From Blepharisma stoltei ATCC 30299 (Eukaryota > Protista > Ciliophora), in the NCBI GenBank assembly GCA_965603825.1, contig CBFDEM010000022.1, positions 1 through 64,000 of the forward strand: DNA of 64,000 nucleotides, given 5' to 3'. A program made the position numbers and the translations under genes. The first letter of the stretch is position 1. Every line of letters starts with the position of its first letter. The notes under the pieces were generated by a model. The model searched no databases. It saw only the letters and a list, made by a program, of their open reading frames with translations, and was not told the DNA's origin. This document shows, piece by piece, positions 35,585-46,692 of the stretch.

Positions 35585-38449
35585 CTAATCTCTTATATAA
35601 ACCTGAGGCAAACTTCTCACCCTTCTCTTAAACTGGCTTGGTGTCTTAATAACTTCTCTATTTTTTGTGACGCTTTCTTGGCTTTCCCTCATCCCTTCAC
35701 ATATAACTTCAACATCCAGTCTTCTTGCGCCGTCAAAAAACAGCTCCTCAAAGCACCTCTGGAACTCTTCTTTCGTCACTTTTCTCAGCTCAGCCTCAAT
35801 ATCTTCTCTTCTGCCAAATAAATAAGCCCCAGAATCCACTTCTAATATGAATCTCCTATACTGCTCAAAAATTGACATATCTTTTTTCGTCAATGATTTA
35901 ATGGTCGATTCTCTATTTGTGTTGAATTTTTCGTCAGAAATTTCTTTTAATTCTTTTCTAATTTCGTTTATAAAATTAGAAATTCTGTTAGTCAAAAAGA
36001 ATGGGGCGGCCACAGAAGATTGGACTATGATATTGAAATGGAGAACACCTCTCAATTTTCTTATAAAGGAAGAAACTATATAGCCAAGCTGCTCCTTGGT
36101 GCGGAGAGTGTCATAGCAAGGTTCTTTAATAAAAGTATCAAGAACCGACAAAATAGCTTGGGATTTCAAAGTTTCAGCGTCCAGCTGCCACAAACTGACA
36201 GAAATTGAGTTATTATTGGTTTGATCAAGCAGATAAACAGGGTAAACCAATGATGATACTGACGTCTCAAATGGGGTTTTAGGGATTTCTATTACTTGCA
36301 GCCTAGGATAATCATCTTTTCTTATATAGCAGCAGTTTTTAGCTTGTTCAAATACCCTTGTGCAAGATTCCACCATAGAAATTGTCCTTTCTTGGCTAAA
36401 ATTTCCCATGACAAACCATTCAAACCTGACAGTTTTGAGCCACTTGGAATGAAACCATAATAAATCTTCAAAAGTGACGTTTTGTAAAGCTTTTAACTGG
36501 TCAAGCTCAGAAAAATGTCCTTTCAGCAGCATCAAATCAATGCAAAGTTTCATAGCTTGATTGGTCGGCGCTGACAAGAAATGGTTATTTAACGAGTCAT
36601 TTATATGTGTCCAATGGCTTTGGAACAGTTCTTTATCATCATTATCAATAACCACAGTCGCCAGTCTCTCCAAAACAGTCTCGAAGAATTTATCATATTT
36701 TTGACTATACCCTGACAAGCTTAATTTCAGTCCATAATGCTCCAAATGCAAGCTTAATTTCAGCCCGCCCTGTTCAGCCAAATAATTTTCTTCCCTAAAT
36801 TTATCCCAAAATATTTTTCTCCAGATTTTTGCTAATAAATAAAAATAAGGACTGTCTTGGAAGCCAGCGTCGTTACAATATATCATTAATTGTGAACAGA
36901 CTTTATCGACTTTAAATGTGTCGTCTTGTTTGTGCCAGACTGTATTTTTTTCGTTATCGAGGATTCGGAGAGGTAATGGTTTGTCTGAGAGTGGGAGAAC
37001 GTCGAAAACGGTAGGGATAAAGTCGTTTCTTACTGGGAGGTCGAGGACGAATTTTGGGTGGGATACTTGGAAGTTGGTCATTTTGGTTTGAAGGTCACTG
37101 GAAAATTTTTCGACAGAGTATTTTGTGCCGTACCATCTTTCGGTCTGCATTTGGCTTTCATCGAATTTTTTGCTGATTAGGTAAACTTGTAAATTCTGGG
37201 GTGTTAAAAGGTCAATAAAAGATCTTAGTAAATCAGGATTGAATTCTTCAATTAAATCAGATCCAGAAATGATTTTTTCATGAGGATACCTATGAAGTCT
37301 CCAAGACAGATATTCGCAATATGACAATGGATCACTTTTGCTTTTGAAATTAAAATCTGCCTGTGCCAGTGCTTTTATTTCTTCATAAATCCACTCTTGA
37401 ACCCCTTTTTCTTTCAGCATAGCAATATACGCATGCGTAATTTCTATAACTCTCTCATAGTTTTCCAGTCCTTTATCAGTCAATTCTACATTGACCACCA
37501 AAATGCTTAAATTTGAGTACTGTTGACCTGTTCCACTAGCAGATAACTCTTGAGCTAGACCTTCAGCTTTCAGAAAAGATAGCAAGCTGTTTTTCCCTTC
37601 ATGGCCTATAAGATGGGCAATATAGTTTCCAGGCTTGGATTTGTAATGGATAATGGTCGGCGGCCATGACCAGAAAAATCGTATATGTTTTACATCTTGG
37701 ACTGGGACTACTTTTACAAGGATCCCTGAGACAGTTTCATCATATGGCATTCTCATGTCGACTTCTGGGACTAAATTTTTGTCAACTACTGCTGTAAAGC
37801 TTTGTCTGACCCAGTTTTCGAGTGTTTGGATGTTTTCTTTGCCATATAAAACGATACCCATGATGTTGCTGGAATATTTTGTGTTGTAAAATTCTCTGAC
37901 TTGATCATATATGTCTGGCTTATTTAAAGTTTCCATATTCCCAGTCGCAAAATGATTAAAAGAATGCCACTCAAGTGCGAAATTTCTTGACAACTGCCAA
38001 AGTCTCCACATATCATTTTTCAAGTTTTTACTATGTTCTGAGTCAACAGCTTTCAGTTCTCTATCCACCGCATCTTTTGTGAACAAAGGCCCAATAAAAA
38101 ATTGTGCAAAAATCTCTAAAGCTTGCTCCAATTTATCAACAGAAACCTTAAAGTGGAAATTTGTATCTTCAGTCCCTGTATAGGCATTATCAGAGCCAGC
38201 ATTTTCAGATAGAAAAGAAGAGTAATAATTTTCCACTGGGTATTTTTCAGTGCCAAGAAAAAGCATGTGCTCCAAAAAATGAGCCAGCCCTTGGGTACTT
38301 TTAGGGTCTGACTGACTTCCTACATTCACATCAACCGAGGCTGCTGCCATGTCAGTGTCAGGGTCACTGATAACGAGACATTTCATCTTGTTGGGGAGCT
38401 CGAAATAGTGATAGTCACGTGAGTCATTTGGGCTCTTTTCGATTGACAT
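35585..38449 (-). CDS. IDE: Insulysin / M16A zinc metallopeptidase
   Basis: KSPNDSRDY, GLAHFLEHMLFLGTEKYP (HxxEH), LIGHEG, LRTKEQLGY. Confidence 0.96.
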   Translation of the reverse strand: MSIEKSPNDSRDYHYFELPNKMKCLVISDPDTDMAAASVDVNVGSQSDPKSTQGLAHFLEHMLFLGTEKYPVENYYSSFLSENAGSDNAYTGTEDTNFHFKVSVDKLEQALEIFAQFFIGPLFTKDAVDRELKAVDSEHSKNLKNDMWRLWQLSRNFALEWHSFNHFATGNMETLNKPDIYDQVREFYNTKYSSNIMGIVLYGKENIQTLENWVRQSFTAVVDKNLVPEVDMRMPYDETVSGILVKVVPVQDVKHIRFFWSWPPTIIHYKSKPGNYIAHLIGHEGKNSLLSFLKAEGLAQELSASGTGQQYSNLSILVVNVELTDKGLENYERVIEITHAYIAMLKEKGVQEWIYEEIKALAQADFNFKSKSDPLSYCEYLSWRLHRYPHEKIISGSDLIEEFNPDLLRSFIDLLTPQNLQVYLISKKFDESQMQTERWYGTKYSVEKFSSDLQTKMTNFQVSHPKFVLDLPVRNDFIPTVFDVLPLSDKPLPLRILDNEKNTVWHKQDDTFKVDKVCSQLMIYCNDAGFQDSPYFYLLAKIWRKIFWDKFREENYLAEQGGLKLSLHLEHYGLKLSLSGYSQKYDKFFETVLERLATVVIDNDDKELFQSHWTHINDSLNNHFLSAPTNQAMKLCIDLMLLKGHFSELDQLKALQNVTFEDLLWFHSKWLKTVRFEWFVMGNFSQERTISMVESCTRVFEQAKNCCYIRKDDYPRLQVIEIPKTPFETSVSSLVYPVYLLDQTNNNSISVSLWQLDAETLKSQAILSVLDTFIKEPCYDTLRTKEQLGYIVSSFIRKLRGVLHFNIIVQSSVAAPFFLTNRISNFINEIRKELKEISDEKFNTNRESTIKSLTKKDMSIFEQYRRFILEVDSGAYLFGRREDIEAELRKVTKEEFQRCFEELFFDGARRLDVEVICEGMRESQESVTKNREVIKTPSQFKRRVRSLPQVYIRD

Positions 38450-38511
38450 TTTTTATTAGTAGTCAGAAGAGGAAAGGATTTTAACAAAATTAATTGGAAA
38501 CATAATGGTTA

Positions 38512-39465
38512 TTATGCATAAGATCCTGTCGACGAGTACCCAGAATATACAGTAGAAACGTCTTCTAGCGGGTCTCCAGCGTCTTCAATTCTAAATGTAA
38601 CTCTTCTTGCTTTGTGCTTGTTTGAGCTTTTATGAAAGTGAGAAAAAATCTCAGTCATCAGCCCAGGGACTGATGCAATGATTTTTTCCATGTCAGGCTG
38701 GCATTCTTTGACTTTGTTGTATTCCTTAACGAAAACTTCTTTGCATTCGCTCATCAAGTTATCTGATACTAATGGCAACTTATGGGCGATTTCCATAATT
38801 TGTACCACATTTTCTGGACAAAGCTTCGAAATTATGTCTTCCTCACACCTCATTTTTAAATCATTAAGCATATACTCATCAGCCATCACCAGCAAGCTGC
38901 ACAAATCATTGATATCTTCAGGCATCAGGGTGCTTCCTGTATAAATCCACTTAAGCAGCCTATCAAATAAGCACGGGTCTGTATCTGGTAGCTTGATATA
39001 AGAATTTTCACATTCTGTCATAGAGCTATTAAACATCGCCCTAAATTTTGGCGACCTGCACATCAGTATGCACTTGTGGGCTGAAAAAATCTTGTTTTCT
39101 GATGTCTCAATTTTAATGTCTGCTTCAAGACCACTGTTAAAAAGTTCTAATAACGCTGGCTGTAAGCTGTTTTGTGCTGATTGTAATATATCACAAGAAT
39201 GAAAGACTTTTACGATGCATGGAGCAATGATATAAGTTTCTTCATTCAAAGGTTTTGAATCCAAGACAAATCTGAGAGCTCGATATGCGACTCCTATAAT
39301 CCCACAGAACTCAAAACAATAACTTTGAGCGACACGCGGCCTGGCTAAGGGAATTCGCTTTATTGCACCTTTTGTTAGGGCGAGACTTGCATTGGTGTAG
39401 AGGTCTTCGCCAGCTTCAAAAATCACATCAGGAGATGGTTCAGAGCTATTTCTTCTTGATCGCAT
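38512..39465 (-). CDS. BTB/POZ domain protein (SPOP-like BTB-BACK)
   Basis: ADIKI..FSAHKCILMCRSPKFRAMF..LLKWIYTG..LLVMADEY.LNDLK..CE. Confidence 0.9.
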   Translation of the reverse strand: MRSRRNSSEPSPDVIFEAGEDLYTNASLALTKGAIKRIPLARPRVAQSYCFEFCGIIGVAYRALRFVLDSKPLNEETYIIAPCIVKVFHSCDILQSAQNSLQPALLELFNSGLEADIKIETSENKIFSAHKCILMCRSPKFRAMFNSSMTECENSYIKLPDTDPCLFDRLLKWIYTGSTLMPEDINDLCSLLVMADEYMLNDLKMRCEEDIISKLCPENVVQIMEIAHKLPLVSDNLMSECKEVFVKEYNKVKECQPDMEKIIASVPGLMTEIFSHFHKSSNKHKARRVTFRIEDAGDPLEDVSTVYSGYSSTGSYA

Positions 39466-39503
39466 TTATAAATAAATTTTACAGCTAATTATAAGTTATA
39501 AAA

Positions 39504-41291
39504 CTATAAAAATTGTGGGTTTGGAAGATTGGGGATTAATTTAGGCTGAGACGCAGCTATCAGCCGGAAAAATCTGCCTCGGAAACTGAATGGTTTTTTT
39601 CTTTGAGAAGGCTCAGAAGGTGGCTGTGGAAGCAGTTGGATTTTTGGCTTAGATTTAGACTCAGCCGATGTGTTTAAAGGTGGAAGAATTGAGGAGTCTT
39701 CTTTATCAAAAATCTTAGGGCGGTTTAATAGCTGCCTTTTTTGGGTTTTTTTCTTAGGATTATTAGGAGATGGGATGCTGTTATCTGAAAAAAGTGAATT
39801 ATTTTGCATTGAGTCATTTGAAGCATCAAGTCTTGAAGGGATTATAGCAGGGAAGAAGGGAGGCTTTGAAGAATTTATAGGGGAAAGCAGAAGGGAAAAG
39901 CTCTGAAGATTTTTAGATTCCTCGATATTTGAATTTTCAAAGGGTTTTGAGTCAACTATACAAGAAATTTCTATAGATTTAGAATCATTAATACGGCTAA
40001 ATGATTTTTCTTTTAAAAATTCATCAAACGAGTTTTCTTCTTGAGAAATAAATGAATCTTTTTCTGGTTTTTTAAAAGTCAGGACATCTGAAAAATTCAG
40101 GGAGTTATTTTCTGGGTTTTTAGAATTTGCTTTTAAAAAGCTAGCAAAAGAGTTTTCACTTTGCTCAGTAGCTTCTATGACAGTTATTTCTTTACGAGAT
40201 ACATCATTTTGAGAAATATCCAATAAATCTTCTAAGCAGACATCATGGCTTTCCTCTGAATTTTCCCTGTCTATTAGAGTCAGCACAAGCTGCTCTTTTT
40301 CATCTAAAGTTAGCTTTTCAGAAAGTAAATTATTTAGCTCGTTTGGCTTAAAATTTTGGTCAATTTTGGGTATTTCATTTATTTTATTTTCAATTTTTCC
40401 TCCTTTACCATAGATTTGTTCAGCTAATAAGCTACTGTCTCTTGATTTCAGTCCAGAAAGCAAATTTGTTAATTTGAGGGACTCACAGTTTGATATTGAT
40501 CTCATTGAAATTGGCAAACTTTCAACAAATGCATTATCTAAAGTATTTTTCAAGCTATTTTCTTCTCTATGCCTATAATTATACAACTTTTTTTTCAAAT
40601 TATGCAATTTATCATACAAAATCAGCCCACTTCCTTCAAGCTGGCTAGGTGGGCCTGAGCTCTCCTCACTATCTGCATTCATATCTCAGTTTTCTTCCCC
40701 ACTTACCTCAAGCTTCTTTATTTGTATTTCTTTAGTTTTTCTCTTTTCCCCTAAAGCAATTCTTCCTTCTTCCTCCAATTCTTCTTGACTAAACAAGTCC
40801 TGCAAAATATTTCCAATTACCGGCTTCTTTTTTCACTTTTGTTTATAATGATGCATAATTTCGTCAATATCATGGTCTATATCTTTTAACTGGTCCTGGC
40901 AATCTGCATGCATTTTTAAGTACGTGTTTTCTGTTTCCTTTAATTTTTCTTCCAGTTCTATAATCCTAATTTCGTATTCTTCTCTGATTTTTCTTAATTC
41001 TTCTTCAGAATCTTCTGTATTTTTTAAAGAATTAGGTGGGATTGAGATGGCTGGGACCTGAATTTTGGCTTCATAGGCGTCTTCTCATTCTGATAGTAAA
41101 TTCAAAATTCCAGTTTTTATTTCATCAATTAATTTTTGCTGCTCTGGAGAAGGTAAAGATAATTTGTCAAGAGAAGTAAAGAGAGAGTTGGCTTGGAAAT
41201 TTAAGTTTTCAATTGTGTCATAAGGGGAAAATTGAGACTGCTCAAAAGCTGGGGTGGAATTTTTGCCTGGGGTTTGCTGAGAAATGGACAT
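39504..41291 (-). CDS. Hypothetical coiled-coil / S,N-rich low-complexity protein (595 aa, TGA=Trp)
   Basis: Track ORFs 41085-41291 and 39504-40682 are in frame; the gap contains TGA but no TAA/TAG. Confidence 0.75.
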
Positions 41292-41368
41292 AAAATTATT
41301 TCTTATTTGTGGGTATTGCAGACTGTTTTTTAAATAAAAATTAAAAATAGTAAGTTATTTAAAATTGT

Positions 41369-41818
41369 TTATTCATGATTTGTAATAAATAAGTGCTTGT
41401 TGTTTTCGATCCCATTTTGTTTTCGGAAATCTTCTATAAGCTTCTTAAACTGTTCTGAGCTCATAGGCTGGACTTCATTTTCTTCTTTTTTAAACGTTCT
41501 TTTGGTAACTGAAGTGGATCCATTTGTGGAATGAGCTTTCATGGATTTCTTTTTTGTCAGCCGGCTTAATGAAATATCTAGTATTTTCTTCTTGCATATG
41601 CCATCGTTAATTTTCCCTTTTTGATTGATCTAATTAGTATTTACAAGGTTCTGGGCAAGCAAAAGTTTTTTTCTTCTTTCTGATGCGAAGAATCCTTCTA
41701 AGTATGGATCTTTTAAGCCATTGTATTCATTGTATCCTTTTGAGAAGCTTGATGAGTCTAAAACGAACCTTGCTTGGTGCCTTATAGGAGACGGAGTTTT
41801 ATTTGAAAACTTAAACAT
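41369..41818 (-). CDS. Hypothetical basic protein (144 aa) with one 15-nt intron
   Basis: Removing GTAAATACTAATTAG extends the ORF (..AQNL/INQKGKI..) to TAA at 41369. Confidence 0.75.
41630..41644 (-). other. 15-nt spliceosomal intron
   Basis: GTAAATACTAATTAG: GT..AG, A at position 10, contains the in-frame TAG. Confidence 0.8.
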
Positions 41819-41940
41819 TAAATATGACTTATAATAAAAGTCAAAAAATACCTGAATTTTCCTCTTATTAATTAAATCATAATAAAAAAGTCCTGTATTT
41901 TCTGTTTAAAATATAATCAAAGCTACCAAAAATAAAGAAA

Positions 41941-42864
41941 ATGGTCACAAGATTCTCCACTTTAATTAAAACTCGGCAACTAGCTGACTTACTTGCCCAA
42001 AGAACTCCTTTATATATTCTAGACGCAAGCTACGACATCCCAGGCGTCCCTGGAAACTCCAAATCTGAGCATTTCCGCATCCGTCTCCCAGGGGCAAAGT
42101 TCTTCGAAATTGATGAGGTCGCTGACAAGACCATTCCTCTGCCCCACATGATGCCAAGAATAGAGACTTTTATAGACTTCATGAAAAAATTACGCATCAA
42201 AAACGACGATAATCTCCTTGTGTGCTACGACCGATATGGGGGAGGATTCACAGCTCCACGTGTATGGTATACTTTTAAATGCTTTGGCAGGAAAAATGTA
42301 GCTATTCTTGATGGTGGGCTGCCTAAATGGATTTCTGAAGGATATCCTACGGTAAGTTCTGAGTATGAAATTTATGAAAATCCTACAAGTGAAAATGATA
42401 TAGATTATCAGTATAAATTTGATGAAAATAAGGTAAAAAGTTTGGAAACTGTGGCTTCGTATCTAGCTCAGCTGAAAAATCCTACAGAAAATAGCACCCA
42501 GGTACTTGATGCAAGGCCTCCTAAACGATTTTCAGGGACAGATCCAGAGCCAAGAAAAGGAATCAGGAGCGGCCACGCCAAAAATTCAAAAAATCATTTT
42601 TTTAAACTAAATTTCAATGCTGATGGTACTTTTAAAAGTCCTGAAGAGTTAAGAAAACAGTTTATAGATTCTGGGATCAATATGAGCGAAAATTCTCATA
42701 CAATAAATATGTGTGGGACTGGGGTGACTGCATGTGTGAATTTATTTGCAATGGAGCTTGCTGGAAAACAGAACACTTCTTTATATGATGGCTCATGGAC
42801 TGAGTATGCCACAAGATTTCCAAATGAGCAGCTGGAAAACGAATATTTTGAAAAATTAGCTTAG
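41941..42864 (+). CDS. MPST: 3-mercaptopyruvate/thiosulfate sulfurtransferase (tandem rhodanese)
   Basis: LPHMMP, APRVWY, LDGGLPKW, LDARP..RF.G..PEPR, CGTGVTA active-site loop, LYDGSWTEY. Confidence 0.93.
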   Translation: MVTRFSTLIKTRQLADLLAQRTPLYILDASYDIPGVPGNSKSEHFRIRLPGAKFFEIDEVADKTIPLPHMMPRIETFIDFMKKLRIKNDDNLLVCYDRYGGGFTAPRVWYTFKCFGRKNVAILDGGLPKWISEGYPTVSSEYEIYENPTSENDIDYQYKFDENKVKSLETVASYLAQLKNPTENSTQVLDARPPKRFSGTDPEPRKGIRSGHAKNSKNHFFKLNFNADGTFKSPEELRKQFIDSGINMSENSHTINMCGTGVTACVNLFAMELAGKQNTSLYDGSWTEYATRFPNEQLENEYFEKLA

Positions 42865-42919
42865 ATTTTAGCTCAAATTTAAATAAAAGTTGTTCTTAAG
42901 CTTATTATAAATTATCCTA

Positions 42920-44188
42920 CTATTGCTTAGTTTCTTTTACTGTTTCCTTATCTCCAGGTAATTGCCAGCCACGCTGTCTAATTTCACAGCCTTCAAGTTT
43001 ATTATTTATGACGGTATCATCAAGTCTTAGAGATCTGAAAATCGCCATGATGCCAAATAGTAAAGCTGCCCAAGTTAGAGACCAGCCCAACACAACTAGC
43101 ACTGCAATTACTTGAGTAGAAAGGGTATCGCCTGATTTTCCATCCCAGAAGCACCCATTAGCATCAGTAATAAAGCCAGGTAAAAGCCCTCCAATAAGCC
43201 CAGGCAAGAAGAAAGTGGCAGTCACGTTCATCACATCGTCAATCCTTGCTAATCTGCAGAAATAGAAACCAATAGCAAAAATAATCCCACTAAGGATTCC
43301 ACAAAGTCCAGCTTGCCATGGAGTTGTGTCATAAGCAGAGTCTGAAATTACAATCATCCCTGCTATAAATCCTTGATAAACTGCTACATAGTGAGTATGA
43401 AGATCTTTTTTCGCCAAAGTTAAAAGCTTTAACGTCACAATGGCTGACATCCCTCCACAGATCCATGAGTTACAAGCTGCAAGTCCTCTTGCAGTCGCTG
43501 TTGGAGATAAAGAAATATTTAGCCCAAAAATCCCTAAAATCACCAAAACAGCTCCAACAATATAAGTCGTCGGCAAGGAGATTTTCCACTCGTCTGAGTC
43601 AGGGTCGTCAAATCTTCCAGGCCTTGGGCCTAAGAAAATGGCTCCTATAAGTCCAAAAGCTCCTGCAAACATGTGAATATTAATAGCGCCACCGTTGTCA
43701 ATCAAAGGCTTATTAAGCTCAATGTCAAGCCAGCCGCCTCCCCACGACCAAGCTACAATGACAGGCCAGACGAAAAGCATAAGCCACCATGAAAACCAAG
43801 GGTAGACCTGGTATTTTGCTCTTTCGCTTATGGCACCATTGATGATGAACAGGACGAAAAATCCGCAGAGTGCAAAGTAGGATGCACAAGCCCCGTGGTT
43901 CTTGGATTTTTCAGTTAGCCAGTGTTTGCCGCCGAAGTCTTCATTTCCAATATATTCGCTGTCTGCTGGGTTGCCAAAGGCGAAACCATAGCCTAACAGC
44001 CACCAAGCTACGATTCCAACTGAGAATTGAAGCCAATTCTTCATGACAAGATAATTGCTAAAGCCGCCACGAGTCACACCATGCTCCATCACTGTGAGGC
44101 CGATCTATATAAGGTTTACGAGTCCTATGAAAACTATCACGTCGCCCACTGCATTGAAAGTGAGCGGACAGTTTTGAGTCGAAGACAT
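42920..44188 (-). CDS. AMT: Ammonium transporter (Amt/Rh family), 417 aa, one 15-nt intron
   Basis: WWLLGYGFAFG, IINGAISER, WSWGGGWL, DNGG..IHMFAG, LGPR.GRF, RIDDV. The upstream exon from ATG 44188 is joined by the intron at 44105-44119. Confidence 0.92.
44105..44119 (-). other. 15-nt spliceosomal intron
   Basis: GTAAACCTTATATAG. Removal restores the Amt TM1 ..FIGL/IGLTVMEHG.. Confidence 0.85.
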
Positions 44189-45145
44189 TAAATATTATGG
44201 CTAATATTTAAATCAAATAATGAGATTTGAATAAGGATTAAGATATGCTTATGAGCCAGTAAAATAAGGAAAATAAGGAAAGAAAAGGGAAGAAAAAATT
44301 GAAGGTGGGAGAACATTGAAAGAATTAAAGGTGTGAAATGAAAAATTATTAACGGGAAAATGGAACTTTAAATTTTGGCTTTTAAATGGTATCTCTGTTT
44401 GAAAATAGTATTTGACTTATTTAAAATTTTTAGATATTAATAAAGAAATTACAAAAATAATAATTATAATTTCCTCCTTGATTTATGCATCTTCAAGGCA
44501 TAAATATAGCTAGTTTTAACTTAAATAATTTTTAGCTTATTTTAAATCCATATGTCAAATATAGTAATTTGAAAAAATAAGCAGCTAGATCAATAATCTT
44601 AATAGTTATAATTAGATAATTTTAATCGAAAATGGATATATTTTTATTTAATATTTAAAATTAAATGATCTGATGGATTTTTATGTGTTGCTCTGATTAT
44701 TTATTTTCTAAAGCATATCATTTTTCAATTAAAATAAATAAATAAATCATAAAAAAATTTGCAATCTTTTTCATATAAATGAGCAGCTATAATCTAATCT
44801 TTAATTTGATTATTTGTTTTAACAAGCTTAAAATTATAGATGAAAGGGTCCAAAAGAACAGAAGAATAAAAATAAACAACTAGGTATAAATAGGAAAAAT
44901 ATAGCAGCCTCAAAAAATAAGTACAGAAATCCCATTGCATTTTAAAGCTCTAAACCTCAAACCGCCCTCAGAAAATTATATCGCTTAAGCTTTAAATACA
45001 GCCTCCTTCAATACTAATCATCAGAACTATGTATTCTGAGTTAACATAACTATAATTAAAGCTGATAGTCATTATCAATTCCTTCTCAATAAATTTTCAT
45101 TAAAAAGCTGATAAAAAAGCATATCTTCGCTTGAAAAATAATTAT

Positions 45146-45160
45146 CGATATTTCTCGAAT
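45146..45160 (+). promoter_or_regulatory. Heat-shock-element-like motif upstream of p23
   Basis: cGATa-tTTCt-cGAAt, 25 nt upstream of the ATG of an Hsp90 co-chaperone. Confidence 0.4.
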
Positions 45161-45185
45161 CCATCATTCCATTTATAATCAAATA

Positions 45186-45734
45186 ATGGAAGCAAGGCAC
45201 ACACCAATAAAATGGGCTCAAAGAAAAGCACAAGTGTTCATTACACTCGAATTAAACAATCTAATAGAGAACTCGTGTACCATTCAAACTACTCCTGAAG
45301 GTGGAATTCACTTTAAAGGTACCAATAAGGATACAGGGAGCGAAGTCACAGTCGATTTAGAACTTTTCGAAAAGATCGTCCCAGCAGAATGCAAGTGGAA
45401 AGTCACAGGAAGGAGCGTGCAGTTAAGTTTAGCTAAAGAAAACAAAGAAGTTGAATATTGGCCAAGACTTTTGAAGCAAACAGGGAAATTACCTTGGATT
45501 GCAATTGATTGGAGTAAGTGGGTTGATGAAGAAGACGAAAACTCTAAGGCCAAACCTGATTTTGATTACGATTACAATAATATGCCTGATTACGATGAAG
45601 GTGAAGACTCAGATGAAGAATCAGAAGAGGAAGAAGCGCCTGCTGATTTGGGTGACTTAGATGGTGAAAAAGGAGATATCCCAACAGGAGCAATGCCTGC
45701 TGAAGAGGCTGGAGAAGAAAAGAAAACAGAATAA
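45186..45734 (+). CDS. PTGES3: Hsp90 co-chaperone p23 (CS domain)
   Basis: KWAQR, YWPRLLK, WIAIDWSKWVDEED, acidic tail. Confidence 0.93.
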   Translation: MEARHTPIKWAQRKAQVFITLELNNLIENSCTIQTTPEGGIHFKGTNKDTGSEVTVDLELFEKIVPAECKWKVTGRSVQLSLAKENKEVEYWPRLLKQTGKLPWIAIDWSKWVDEEDENSKAKPDFDYDYNNMPDYDEGEDSDEESEEEEAPADLGDLDGEKGDIPTGAMPAEEAGEEKKTE

Positions 45735-45872
45735 TAGACTAATCAATATATGTTTTAAGACATAATTAAAAGCGTGTTCGGCCTTCATCGTAAATCATTT
45801 CTTTAAGAAAATTCTCAATCTCACACATATTTTATTGCATCGCAATATTTATATTAGCATTACCATTTAAAT

Positions 45873-46523
45873 TTAGCCCTCAGATTCATCAGTTCTCGAC
45901 GACTCATGAAACTTAAACACGCCATCATTATACTTTTCCTGGTCATTTATTTCTTTATCTGACACATCTTTAGACGTTGGCGTTTGGACTTCATTGCTAT
46001 ATCCATAACCATTTAAATCATTCACTGAAATTTCTGTGTTTTTCATCCTATTAAGCATCCTCAGCAATTTAAAATAAATCAACAAAAGCCTAACCAAATT
46101 TATCAAAACAGCCAAAATTTCTCCTGCATAGCTAATTAACCCTGCTATCCCAAAAGATATACAACAAATTAAGCAGCTGATGCTTAAACAAGTAACGTCA
46201 GCAATGTTTCACTTTTCGCTGAAGAAAGTTACGTTTCCTTCCATAAAAACCCTATAAACTACTTCAAAAATCGCAAGAATAAGCATCAATACTAATAAAA
46301 TGACAGCGATTGCAAAGTATAGTTGGCTTAAGCCAAATATAATCCCTGCGAGGAGTCAGACAGTCAACATGATGAAAAACAAATACAAAATTTTGCTTAT
46401 TTTCGAGTAATAAAATCGAGAAAGCATAACTTTTAAGTTTCGTCGCTGCTTTTTCAGTAAGTTTGATGCTGATATGATTTCAATAGGAGAAAAAACTCCT
46501 TTTGTGTTTGAAATGTTTTCCAT
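45873..46523 (-). CDS. Four-TM voltage-sensor-like membrane protein (216 aa, TGA=Trp)
   Basis: Extends upstream through two TGAs to ATG 46523. S2-like IFEVVYRVF, S3-like FFSEKW(TGA)NIAD, S4-like LVRLLLIYFKLLRML; no pore helices. Confidence 0.7.
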
Positions 46524-46692
46524 TGGCTTTTTTTATAAAATGCATAAATAGGTTTTAAGAGATTAATAATTCGTAGTAAAAATATGCATTAATCAGAAAA
46601 ATATACAAAGGTTTTGTAGATTTAAATAAATTCATCATAGTTTCCGACAGATGAATAACCGCCTTTACCAATAAATTAAAATTGAGTTACAA

